Shown here: piece by piece, positions 34,119-43,010 of the stretch
Layout of the letters: every line of letters starts with the position of its first letter
Position numbering within the stretch: position 1 is the stretch's first letter
Source: Bifidobacteriaceae bacterium
Lineage (GTDB): Bacteria; Actinomycetota; Actinomycetes; Actinomycetales; WQXJ01
Direction: 5' to 3'
NCBI GenBank assembly: GCA_031278655.1
Contig: JAITJZ010000036.1
Coordinates: forward strand, 1,614 to 65,613
DNA: 64,000 nt
Program-made: the position numbers and the translations under genes
Notes under the pieces: model-generated
The model's input: the letters and a program-made list of their open reading frames with translations, nothing else
Told to the model about the DNA's origin: nothing
The model's database searches: none

Positions 34119-35375
34119 TTACGGGGCGGGCGGCGCCTCGGTCAAACCGGTCTTCCCGCCATCCGCCGATGCCGCGCGCCGGGCCCGGCGAACAGGCAGC
34201 CAGACAGCGCCGGACAGCGCGACCAGGGCCAATCCCAGCCACAGCCAGGGCACGGTCCAGACGGTCGCCGCCCGCTCGGCCGAAGCGGGCGCCCCCTCGG
34301 CGCCGAGGCCGACGGCGACGGCATCGGCCATGACGGTGGCGGTGGTGCGGAAAAGCGGGAACACCCCCGCGACCGTGACCTGGCGCGAAAGGAAAGAGCC
34401 GGGCAGGATCTCCGGCAGGACCTCGCCGGCGCCGCCGTCGCGCCCGCCCCAGCCGAACGGCCCGGCCACGGCGATGCGCTCGGTCGCCACCAGGCGGGCC
34501 GAGCCGGTGTTGGTCAGGCGGTAGGAGACGGTGATGGTCCCCGAGGCGAACGGGTTGGCCGAGGGCTCGGCCTCGACCCGCAGGTCGGAGATGGTCAGCC
34601 CCGGAGTCAGCTCGCCGGAGACGTTGACGTAGGCGCGCAGCGCCAAGCGCCGGTCCACCTGGACGGCGCCGGCCGAGGCGTCCTCGATCAGCGAGGTCAC
34701 AATCCCGGCGGCGTGGTCGCCGGGGGCGGCGTCGGCCGGGACGGCCCAACGCAGCGGCACCGTCACGGCTCCGGACGGCTCAATGGTGACTTCGACGCTG
34801 GCCTGGCCCGGCCAGGCCTCCGCGCCGGTCGCGGTTTCGCCGCCGCCGGCGGCGCTTGACGCCTCCGGCGCCCATTCGGCCCCGGCCACAGGCGCGCCGA
34901 AGCTGATCCAGGCCCCGGCGTCACTGGGCGGCTCGGCGGCGGGCGCCAGGTCGAGCAGGCCGTCCGGGGTGGTGTAGGCGTCGGCGGCGTACACCTTCAG
35001 GCGCAGCGTCGCGGCCGACCGCGACTCGATCACAATCCCGTCCTCGATCACGCCGCCGGCGGCGGACAGGTAGGAGTAGTTCGGGCGGTTGTTGCCCAGT
35101 GGGCCGTTGGCCGGGCTCAAGGCCCAGCCAACGGCGCCTACTGAATCCCCGGCGCCAACCGTGTCACCGGCTTCGTTCCCGGCGTCAGGGGATGGGGCCG
35201 CTTCGGCCCCTGCCAATCCCTGCGAGCCTTCTGAGAAGGCTGGACCGGCTGTCCCGAGCCGGTCGGAATTGGCGGTTGCGGCCGAGGCGCCACAGGGCAG
35301 TCCGGAATTGGCGGAACCGATCACTGCCGCCAGCGCCACTGCGGTTAGCGCCAAACGGGCGCCTCGGCCACGCAT
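34119..35375 (-). CDS. DUF916-like WxL-interacting protein (signal peptide, C-terminal TM)
   Basis: RPNYSY...G..IED, LKVYAADAYTT.DG..DL, GAWI, VPADAAPGDHAAGIV, VDRRLALR.Y, Y.LTNTG. Confidence 0.78.
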   Translation of the reverse strand: MRGRGARLALTAVALAAVIGSANSGLPCGASAATANSDRLGTAGPAFSEGSQGLAGAEAAPSPDAGNEAGDTVGAGDSVGAVGWALSPANGPLGNNRPNYSYLSAAGGVIEDGIVIESRSAATLRLKVYAADAYTTPDGLLDLAPAAEPPSDAGAWISFGAPVAGAEWAPEASSAAGGGETATGAEAWPGQASVEVTIEPSGAVTVPLRWAVPADAAPGDHAAGIVTSLIEDASAGAVQVDRRLALRAYVNVSGELTPGLTISDLRVEAEPSANPFASGTITVSYRLTNTGSARLVATERIAVAGPFGWGGRDGGAGEVLPEILPGSFLSRQVTVAGVFPLFRTTATVMADAVAVGLGAEGAPASAERAATVWTVPWLWLGLALVALSGAVWLPVRRARRAASADGGKTGLTEAPPAP

Positions 35376-35378
35376 TGA

Positions 35379-37181
35379 TCAGCCCACTCCCGTGATGGTC
35401 AGCAGACCGGTGTAGTTGCCCGCCGCGGTCGAGGCGGGAACCTTCAACTCCAGCGCCGCGGCCACGGTCGCGGCGCCAGTGGTGTGCCCGGCGGCGGCGA
35501 AGGCCAAGGTCCGGGCCGAGCCCAGACCGCCGTCGGCGCCAGCCGTCACAGCCGCTCCGGCCTGCGCCCCGGCCCCGGCGTTGGCCACCACCGGCGTCCA
35601 GCCGAGGTATTGCCCGCCAAAGGCGCCGGCCTCGCCGGAGAAGTCAGACACTTGGCCGCTCAGCGACCATTCCGTCCCAGTTGGACGGGTGTCTGTGACC
35701 TCGATGTTCGGCAGCGCGCCGGTGGCGGCGAAGCCGTCCGAGACCTCGGTGGCGGTGCCCAGCGACACCGCCGCGTTGCCGGTGATCCGCCACGAGAACT
35801 CGCCCGGCTCGGGCTCGTCCGCGCCCTCGGGAATCTCGACATCGACCGGCAGCCCGGGCACAAAGGTCAGCGGCGTGTAGGTCTCGAAGGTCGCTTCGAC
35901 GGCCCCGCCACCCGGATAGGTGTAGATCCCGTAGTTGCCTCCGACCAGGCCTTTCGCCTCAGCGGCGGCATCGGCCGCAGCCTTGGAGACCTCAAATGTG
36001 GCCGTGAACGAGCCGTCTGGCGCCAAGACGATGGCGCCGGCCCCGGCGCCGCCAACGGTCTCGACGAATTCCGACAGCAAAGCCCAGCGGACGGCGGCGG
36101 TGGGACGGGACGCGCTCGTCGCGCCCTCGGACGGGCGCCAGACTTCGGCGAAACGCCCAAAGCCCACGTACACCCCGGAGGACTTGCCCGCCACCGGTCC
36201 GTAGAGGCCGGTGACGGCGCTGGGGTCGAAGCCGGCCCCTTCGACGGTGACGGTGGTGACGCCATCGGCGGACAACTCCACCCGCGAAACCGTCACTGTC
36301 GGCGCCGGCGCGGCCGTCACCTCCCAAGCCACGGCCACCGGATTGGCGATCTTCTTCGGGTCCGCGCCCCCTCCCGACGAGTACCAGTACGAACTCTGGC
36401 CGGTCAACTGCTGGAACTCCACGAACGACTGCGGGAACGAGCCCCAGTTCGCCCCGGTGGTCGACTGACTGACGCCGCTGACCGCGACGCCCAGATACTC
36501 AGGCGCCAACTCGAAGCCGCTGTCCGTCAGGACAATCTCCTCGAAGTCAGCCAGGACGATCGTCTGCGGGGTCACAACCTCCCAGAGGCTCGGGTCATCC
36601 ATGGAGGCGCCATAGCCGGAGCCGGTGGCGGTCAGTTGGCCGGTCCCGTCCGCGTTCACGGTCAGCACCGGGTCCGATGCCGTCCAGTACGTCAGGCCGC
36701 CGTAGTAGACCACGGTGAAGGCGCCCTCCCAGGCGATTTCAGCCGTGCCCGCGTCCAAATCGACGCTGCCCTCGCCGCCGGACAGTTTGACGGCGTTGCC
36801 GGTGGTGGACCCGGCCACCGTGGAGACGGCCGTCCCGGCGGCGTTCAGGCACTTGGTCGCCCAAGTGGGCGCCTCCCAGCCGCCGTCGGCCGTGGGTTTG
36901 ACGATCGACACGTTCCCGGATTGGGCGCTGTAGAAGCCGTCGGCCTCGGTCCACACCCGCGACGAGCCGGTGTTCCCGGCGGCGCCGGCGCTGAGGAAGT
37001 TGCAGCCGCCGAAGTAGGCGCCGCCGCCCGACTCGTCGTTGATCGACCAAGTCAGGGTGACGCCGGCGACGTCAGCCGGCGCGGCCGAGGCGGCGCCGGC
37101 AAAGACCAGGCCGCCGCCAACGGCCAGGGCGCCGGCCGCCAAGAAGGCGGCCCAACGTCCGGGGGTGCGAGCGATTTTCAT
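35379..37181 (-). CDS. Secreted protein: divergent HtaA-like domain + Ig-like domain + C-terminal WxL-like domain
   Basis: RBS GAAAGGA before ATG 37181; signal peptide ending ASA; LTWSIN..SGGGAYFGGCNF...FTVVYYGG...FPQSFVEF..TG..SYWYSSG; C-terminal VTDTR...WSLSGQVSDF...YTGLLTIT. Confidence 0.75.
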   Translation of the reverse strand: MKIARTPGRWAAFLAAGALAVGGGLVFAGAASAAPADVAGVTLTWSINDESGGGAYFGGCNFLSAGAAGNTGSSRVWTEADGFYSAQSGNVSIVKPTADGGWEAPTWATKCLNAAGTAVSTVAGSTTGNAVKLSGGEGSVDLDAGTAEIAWEGAFTVVYYGGLTYWTASDPVLTVNADGTGQLTATGSGYGASMDDPSLWEVVTPQTIVLADFEEIVLTDSGFELAPEYLGVAVSGVSQSTTGANWGSFPQSFVEFQQLTGQSSYWYSSGGGADPKKIANPVAVAWEVTAAPAPTVTVSRVELSADGVTTVTVEGAGFDPSAVTGLYGPVAGKSSGVYVGFGRFAEVWRPSEGATSASRPTAAVRWALLSEFVETVGGAGAGAIVLAPDGSFTATFEVSKAAADAAAEAKGLVGGNYGIYTYPGGGAVEATFETYTPLTFVPGLPVDVEIPEGADEPEPGEFSWRITGNAAVSLGTATEVSDGFAATGALPNIEVTDTRPTGTEWSLSGQVSDFSGEAGAFGGQYLGWTPVVANAGAGAQAGAAVTAGADGGLGSARTLAFAAAGHTTGAATVAAALELKVPASTAAGNYTGLLTITGVG

Positions 37182-39619
37182 GAGACAATTCCTTTCGGTT
37201 GAAGCCGGAACCAGCCGCGACGCCAAGCGATCAAGGCGATGGAGGCTGATACCAGCAGGGTGAGAATCGCGGCGTCTGCCGCGATCCAGGTGCCGGCGGC
37301 CGTACCCCGCACAGGCACCAAGTCTTTGGTGGCGCCGGACAAGACAACGGGCTCGAGGCCGGACCCCCAAGGGTTGGACGCGCCCGTGCCGGCGTCCGCC
37401 CCGCCCTGCGCCCTGGCTTGGATCGCCGCCGCCTTGGCCGCCGCCACACCGCCCAGCCAGCCGCTTGAGGCGCCGCCGGCGCCCGCATTGGTGGTTGTGA
37501 CCGGCGCGTCGATCGCCTTGGCGGCGTCCCAGCTGACATAAACCGGGTCCGGCGGTTTGCGGTGGTCGATCGCCGCCCCCGACGAATACCAATACGAGTG
37601 CAGCCCGGTGCGCCCGTGGAAGTCCACAAACGACTGCGGCCAGGCGCCGGGCGCGCTCGATTCGCCGCCAAGTCTTTGGGTCGGGGCGCCGGCCGGGACC
37701 GCGACCGCCAGGTCGGCGTAGGCGTGGCGCACAACCACGCCGTCGCCGCCAGCGTTCGCCGCCGTGCCCGATGCCGTCGTCCCGTTCGCCAGCACCACGG
37801 CCGTGTCGGGGTGGCGCCCCCAGGCGCCGCCTTCGCGTGGCATGCCGAAGCCGCCGGCGGTGGCGGTCAGTTCGACTTGGCCGCTGGCGCTGATCGTGAT
37901 GACAGGGTCTTCCAGCCAGAAGTAGGTCAGGCCGTCGTAGTAGACCACGGTGAAGGTGGCGTCCCAGGTGATCTGGGCGGCGCCGGTGGCCGTGTCGCGC
38001 CAACCGGTCCCGCCGGTCAGTTTGACCTGGGTGTCGGTGTAGGTCGAAGCCGATTGTTGGGAGGCGTTGTAGCTGACCGGCTGGCCGGCCGGATCCAGGC
38101 AGCGCCGCTCGAATGGGACGCTCTGCCCTTGGGCGTTGACCACTTGGGCGTTGCCGGACTGGGCGTGGTAGAGGTCGCCGCCCCAGTTTCCGGGGTCCCA
38201 TTCGCGCGCCGCGCCGGTGTCGCCGTCCGTCCCCGGACGCCCGGCCATCAGGAAGTTGCAGGCGCCGTAGTAGCTCTTGCCCCTTGTTTCGAGGTTGAAT
38301 CCCCAGGTCAGCTGCGCGTTGACAATGGTCTGGCGGGCGCCATCGCCCGTGTCATTGCCGGAGCCGTCGCCGGAGCCGTTGCCGGAGTCGTCGCGCTGGC
38401 TGGCGCCCGGGATGGTGACGCTGACGGCGATGTCGCCGCCCTCGTCGGGATCGGACCCCCAGGCCGCGCCCGGTCCGCCCGCCCCGACGGCCAGCGTCGC
38501 CAGCGCCAGGCTCAACGCCAGGCGCCGGGCGCGGCGAGTGGCGGCCGCGCCCGCCAGCGAACCGACCAGAACCAGCACAAAGACGATTGCCGCCACCACC
38601 ACGGCGATCTGCCAGGGACCCAGTTGGCGGCCCTCGCCGACGGCGGCGGATTGGCTGGCCTGCTCCGAGGCTTCGACCAGGGACGGGTCACGCCGCACCG
38701 TGAAGGTGGCCTCGGCCGAGGCCCCGGAGGCGGCGCCGGTCAACGTCAGGCTGTGCGTGCCCACCCTCAGGTCCGCCGCCAGCGGGATCGCCGCCGCCAC
38801 CTCCCCGAACTGTCCGGCCGTCAGCGGGCCGACGGCCGCCACGCCATCGTCCAAGACGGCTGTGACCTGCTCGCCGGGCGCGAAACCGCGTCCCGTGAAC
38901 GCCAAAGCGTGCCCGGCCACGGCGGTGGTGGCGTCCACCCCCAGCGTCGCCACCCCGGTGGCCGGGACCACCCCGGCGCCGGCGCCATCGGCGGCCGTCT
39001 CGCCGTCGGCCCCGGCACCGGCCGTGGCGGCGGCGGTGGCGGCGGTCGCGCCGTCGAAGCTGACCGGCGTGAAGGTCTCATTGTTGGCGTTGACAACGCC
39101 ATGCGCCCCAATGGTGATGACGCCGCACTGGGTCTGGCGGCAATCAACCCGCTGGGCCTGGCCGGCGGCGTCCTCGACATCGAAGACCGCCCCCGGAACC
39201 ACCAGGGTGGTCGCCCAGGAGCCGTCAGCGGCGATGACGCCGCCGTTGGCGGAGCTGGCCGTCTCCGAGCCGATGAAGGCGACGAACTTCTCCCGCCCGG
39301 CGTTGTCCTTGGTCTGGGCGTCCGGCACATACAGGAAATCGCGCCCGCCAACGCCCCCGGCCGAGGGCCGCCAGTCGCCCGAGACGGCGCCGAACAGCAC
39401 GTAGATGCCGCCGAAGCCGCCCTCGATGGCCTGGAAGCCGCTGCCTGTCAGCGTCAAAGTGGTGGCGGCCTCGGCGTTGGCCCGGGCCTCGCCGCCCACA
39501 CCGGCCACCGCCACGGACGCGCCCGCCGCCCGCGCCGGGCCGCCAACCCCGCCCACGGCCAGGCCCGCCAGGGCCCCCGCCGCCAGCCCGGCCACCAGCA
39601 GTTGTCTCAAGCGACGCAT
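37178..39619 (-). CDS. Membrane-anchored surface protein: Ig-like domains + internal TM pair + HtaA-like domain + C-terminal TM
   Basis: Signal peptide from ATG 39619; LTGSGF...GIYVLFG...WRPS..DCRQTQCGV; second copy of the LTW.FN...CNFL.AG...YYDG...PQSFVDF...SYWYSSG domain. Confidence 0.72.
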   Translation of the reverse strand: MRRLRQLLVAGLAAGALAGLAVGGVGGPARAAGASVAVAGVGGEARANAEAATTLTLTGSGFQAIEGGFGGIYVLFGAVSGDWRPSAGGVGGRDFLYVPDAQTKDNAGREKFVAFIGSETASSANGGVIAADGSWATTLVVPGAVFDVEDAAGQAQRVDCRQTQCGVITIGAHGVVNANNETFTPVSFDGATAATAAATAGAGADGETAADGAGAGVVPATGVATLGVDATTAVAGHALAFTGRGFAPGEQVTAVLDDGVAAVGPLTAGQFGEVAAAIPLAADLRVGTHSLTLTGAASGASAEATFTVRRDPSLVEASEQASQSAAVGEGRQLGPWQIAVVVAAIVFVLVLVGSLAGAAATRRARRLALSLALATLAVGAGGPGAAWGSDPDEGGDIAVSVTIPGASQRDDSGNGSGDGSGNDTGDGARQTIVNAQLTWGFNLETRGKSYYGACNFLMAGRPGTDGDTGAAREWDPGNWGGDLYHAQSGNAQVVNAQGQSVPFERRCLDPAGQPVSYNASQQSASTYTDTQVKLTGGTGWRDTATGAAQITWDATFTVVYYDGLTYFWLEDPVITISASGQVELTATAGGFGMPREGGAWGRHPDTAVVLANGTTASGTAANAGGDGVVVRHAYADLAVAVPAGAPTQRLGGESSAPGAWPQSFVDFHGRTGLHSYWYSSGAAIDHRKPPDPVYVSWDAAKAIDAPVTTTNAGAGGASSGWLGGVAAAKAAAIQARAQGGADAGTGASNPWGSGLEPVVLSGATKDLVPVRGTAAGTWIAADAAILTLLVSASIALIAWRRGWFRLQPKGIVS

Positions 39620-40404
39620 GGCGTCACCGGCCTTCGGCCGCGGATCGGCGCCACCACCGGCAGCCCGGTGGCCGGGTCCGGCCAAACCCCGATCGGGTGG
39701 CGGTAGAGGTCGCTCAGCCGGTCGGGGGTGGCGATCTCCGCCACCGGGCCGGCGCCGACCAGCCGCCCGTCGCCGATCAGCGCCAGCTGATCGGCCCAGG
39801 CCGCCGCCAACGACAAATCGTGCAGCACCGCCAGCACCGCCCGGCCGCGTCCGGCCTCGCGCCGCGCCAACGACATGACCAACTCCTGATGGCGGATGTC
39901 GAGCGCCGCCGTCGGCTCGTCCAACAGCAGCACATCGGCCTGCTGCGCCAGCGCCCGGGCGAAGGCGACCCTGGCTTTCTCCCCGCTGGACAGGGTTTGG
40001 AAGATCCGCCTGGCCAGGTCGAGCGTGTCGGTGGCGGCGAGCGCGGCGGCGACGGCGGCATCGTCGGCTTCCTCCTGCCCGCCCCGCCACGGCGCCCGCC
40101 CCATCCGGACCACGTCCGCGACCGAGAACGGGAACGACACCTGGGCCTCGGCCAGCATGACGGCCCGGCGGCGGGCCAAAGCCTTGACGCCAATCCCGTG
40201 CAGCGCCCGCCCGTCCAACGTCACCTGGCCGTCGGTGGGCCTGATGTCGCCCGCCAGGACGGCCAGCAGCGTCGACTTGCCGGCGCCGTTCGGCCCGGCC
40301 AGGACCAAGACTTCGCCCGGCCTCACGGCCAGGTCGATCCCGCGCAGAATCTGGGCCTGCCCCACCTGGTAATGGACGCCGTGCGCCGCCAACAGGGCCG
40401 CCAT
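39607..40404 (-). CDS. hmuV: Heme ABC transporter ATP-binding protein
   Basis: GPNGAGKST, LSSGEKARV, LLLDEPTAALD.RHQE, VLHDL. Confidence 0.9.
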   Translation of the reverse strand: MAALLAAHGVHYQVGQAQILRGIDLAVRPGEVLVLAGPNGAGKSTLLAVLAGDIRPTDGQVTLDGRALHGIGVKALARRRAVMLAEAQVSFPFSVADVVRMGRAPWRGGQEEADDAAVAAALAATDTLDLARRIFQTLSSGEKARVAFARALAQQADVLLLDEPTAALDIRHQELVMSLARREAGRGRAVLAVLHDLSLAAAWADQLALIGDGRLVGAGPVAEIATPDRLSDLYRHPIGVWPDPATGLPVVAPIRGRRPVTPCVA

Positions 40405-41615
40405 CAGCCCCACCCCCCGGCCTGGCGGCGCGCCCGGCGCAGCAGGTAGAAGAAGAACGGGCCGCCGACCAGCGAGGTCAGCATGCCGATCGGCAGGTCG
40501 GCGTAGTTGACAGCCGTGCGCGCCACCAGATCGGCGGCCATCAGCAGGACCGCGCCGCCGAGCGCGCTGGCCGGGAGCAGCAGGCCGTGCCCCGGTCCCA
40601 GCGCCATCCGCATCAGGTGGGGCGCCACCAGGCCGACAAAGGCGATGATGCCGCTGAAGGCGACCGCCGCCGCGGTCAGGAAGGCCACCAGGACGATGAC
40701 GCCGATCCGCAACCGCTCAACGTCGACGCCCAGGTGGCGGGCGGAGCGCTCGCCCAAGCTGAGCAGGTCGAGCGGGCGCGCCAGGGTCATGGCCGCGGTC
40801 ACGGCCACGACCACGACCGGCGCCGCCACGGCCACATATTGCCAGCGCGTGCCGTTGAGCGAGCCGAGTTGCCAGAAGATGATCTCCTCGCGGGCGGAGC
40901 TGTCCGCCAGGAAGACGAACAGGGCGATGGCGGCCCCGGCCACGGCGTTGACGGCCACGCCGGTCAGCACCAAGGTCACCACTTCGGTGCGGCCCCCGGC
41001 CCGGCTGAGCCCGTAGACCAGCAGGGTGGAGCCGAGCCCGCCGGCGAAGGCGAGCCCGGCCGTGGACCACGGCCCCAGCGCTCCGGCGCCCAGGGCGATG
41101 CCGCCGCAGGCCGCCGCCGCCGCTCCAGCGCTGACACCGATCACTCCCGGCTCCGCCAATGGGTTGCGGAAGACCCCTTGCATCAACGCCCCGGCCGTCG
41201 CCAGGGCGGCCCCGGCCAGGGCCGCCAGGGCCAGGCGCGGCAGCCGGACCGACATCAGCACGGCCTCCGCGTTGGTCGCCTCCGGCGCCGTCCCCAGCTC
41301 GAGGCCCAATTTGCCGGCCAGCAGGTGAATCACCTGATCCGGCGGGATGTCCATTTGGCCGATCCCAGCCGAAGCGATCACCAGGGCCACGGCGGCCAGC
41401 CCCAGGCCGGTCAGGACGGCGGCGGCGCGTCCCGGGCGGGCGGGCGGCAAGGCCGCCACCGGAGCGCGCCCGGTCGGCCCGGTCGGCCCGGCCGGGCCGG
41501 CCACGTCCGGCGGCGGGGCCACGCCGGGCGCCAGGTCCACGTCCGGCGCCAGGTCCACGCCCGGCGCCAGGTCCACGCCCGGGGTCGCGGCCGCCGGGCG
41601 CGCGGCGGCGGTCAC
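40404..41615 (-). CDS. hmuU: Heme ABC transporter permease (FecCD family)
   Basis: RLPR, FRNPLAEPG, FWQLGSL, A.HLGVD, GGPFF; N-terminal PGVDLA-type repeat x3 at 41522-41582. Confidence 0.9.
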   Translation of the reverse strand: MTAAARPAAATPGVDLAPGVDLAPDVDLAPGVAPPPDVAGPAGPTGPTGRAPVAALPPARPGRAAAVLTGLGLAAVALVIASAGIGQMDIPPDQVIHLLAGKLGLELGTAPEATNAEAVLMSVRLPRLALAALAGAALATAGALMQGVFRNPLAEPGVIGVSAGAAAAACGGIALGAGALGPWSTAGLAFAGGLGSTLLVYGLSRAGGRTEVVTLVLTGVAVNAVAGAAIALFVFLADSSAREEIIFWQLGSLNGTRWQYVAVAAPVVVVAVTAAMTLARPLDLLSLGERSARHLGVDVERLRIGVIVLVAFLTAAAVAFSGIIAFVGLVAPHLMRMALGPGHGLLLPASALGGAVLLMAADLVARTAVNYADLPIGMLTSLVGGPFFFYLLRRARRQAGGWG

Positions 41616-42751
41616 TGGGCCGCCTCCGGCGTGTAGATGGCCGTCGCCAGGGCGTCCAGGACGTCGGCGCTGTTCGGGCCGAAGGCCAAAATCTGGGCGT
41701 CGTCCATGTCGACGAAGCGCCGCTTGGTTCCCGCCGGCGTCGCCGCCACGGCGGGCAGTCTCTCCAGCAGGCCGTCTACCCCGCCCACGGATTCCAGGCC
41801 GCGGGTCATCACCAGGATCAGGTCGGGGCTCATCGCCACCAGCCCCTCATCGGTGACCGGCTGCATCCCATCCCAGCCCACCTCGCTGGCGACATCGATC
41901 CCGCCCAGGGCCGTGATCAGCGAGTCTGTCCCCGATCCGCTCCCGAACAGGTAATAGACGCCGGCGCTGCCCCGCAAGTAGAGGAAGGCCATGCGCAGCC
42001 TGTCCTGGTCTGCGGCCGGAACGGCCTTGGCGATCGCTTCCTTGGCGGCAGCTATCTGGCGCTCGGTCCGCTGGGCCAACTCGGCCCCCTCGTCCGGCAG
42101 GCCGAGCGCCGCCGCCACCTGGCCGATCAGTTCGGCGGCGGTGTCGAGCGAGCGGTGCGAATCGACCACCACCACCGGGATGCCGGCCTCGCGCATCTGC
42201 AGCAGCACATCCCACGGTCCCAGCGACGTGTCGGTGATGATGACCGAGGGCGCCAGTTCCAGGATCGCCTCGGCGCTGAGCGTGTTGCCCGATGGCGTCA
42301 CCCGGGGCAGGTCTTGGATTTCGGCGAAGCCCGATGACGTGTCGCGCCCGATGACGTTGGCGCCCAGTCCCAGCGAGAAGACGATCCGGCTGGTGGTGCC
42401 GTAGATGTCGAGGGCCAGGAGCCGGCTGACGTCGGTGACGGTGACCAGGGTTCCTTGGGCGTCGGTGACCGTGGCCGGCAGGGCCGGCCGCGGGTTGGTG
42501 GCGATGGGCTCGATGGCTGCTTCCGCGACCACCGCCGTCGAGGGGCCGGTGTGGGATTTCGGGTCGGCCAGGGCCGCGGCCGGATCGAACGAGCGGGCGC
42601 CGGCCCCCGGGCCGGCGCCGGGCGTGGCGGCGCCGCAGCCGCCCGTCAGCACCGCCGCCGCGGCCGCCCGGGGCGCCCAGGCCGCGCTGGCCGCCCTTCG
42701 CCCAACCGATCCCAATCGAATCTCCTTCGACGCTCGCCGCACAAGCTCCAT
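41612..42751 (-). CDS. hmuT: Heme ABC transporter substrate-binding lipoprotein
   Basis: Lipobox-like LTGGC; LALDIYGT, FLYLRG.AGVYY, VMTRGLES as in corynebacterial HmuT. Confidence 0.85.
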   Translation of the reverse strand: MELVRRASKEIRLGSVGRRAASAAWAPRAAAAAVLTGGCGAATPGAGPGAGARSFDPAAALADPKSHTGPSTAVVAEAAIEPIATNPRPALPATVTDAQGTLVTVTDVSRLLALDIYGTTSRIVFSLGLGANVIGRDTSSGFAEIQDLPRVTPSGNTLSAEAILELAPSVIITDTSLGPWDVLLQMREAGIPVVVVDSHRSLDTAAELIGQVAAALGLPDEGAELAQRTERQIAAAKEAIAKAVPAADQDRLRMAFLYLRGSAGVYYLFGSGSGTDSLITALGGIDVASEVGWDGMQPVTDEGLVAMSPDLILVMTRGLESVGGVDGLLERLPAVAATPAGTKRRFVDMDDAQILAFGPNSADVLDALATAIYTPEAAQ

Positions 42752-42767
42752 CGGAGAAGAGTGTAAT

Positions 42768-42786
42768 TAAGGCTAGGCTTACCTCG
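42768..42786. promoter_or_regulatory. DtxR/IdeR-like iron box at the hmuT promoter
   Basis: TAAGGCTAGGCTTACCTCG matches TWAGGTWAGSCTWACCTWA at 16 of 19 positions; lies next to a minus-strand TACACT -10 element 8 nt before the ATG. Confidence 0.85.
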
Positions 42787-42913
42787 CAGATCCGTCCGCT
42801 ATTTGGACACATCCTTGTGTCGAAAATGGTGACACGGGGCGAGCCCCGGCCGTTGCCGTGACTCGTCGAGGCTCTGAAGTGCTTGAACGCTTCAATTTCT
42901 GGGGTTCTGGGGC

Positions 42914-42953
42914 AAACGAAAGGCGGCCCCGGCGCCGAAGCGCCGGGGCCGCC
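42914..42953 (-). terminator. Intrinsic terminator of cydAB
   Basis: GGCGGCCCCGGCGC-TTCG-GCGCCGGGGCCGCC 14-bp stem followed by TTTCGTTT on the minus strand. Confidence 0.9.
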
Positions 42954-42956
42954 CGA

Positions 42957-43010
42957 TGGCTAAATCTTGGCCGAGTGGCCAGATCTTCGCCGTTGGCTAG
43001 ATCTTGGCCG
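42957..43010. repeat. Three near-palindromic 17-bp copies; the last contains the cydB stop
   Basis: TGGCTAAATCTTGGCCG / TGGCCAGATCTTCGCCG / TGGCTAGATCTTGGCCG. Confidence 0.85.
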
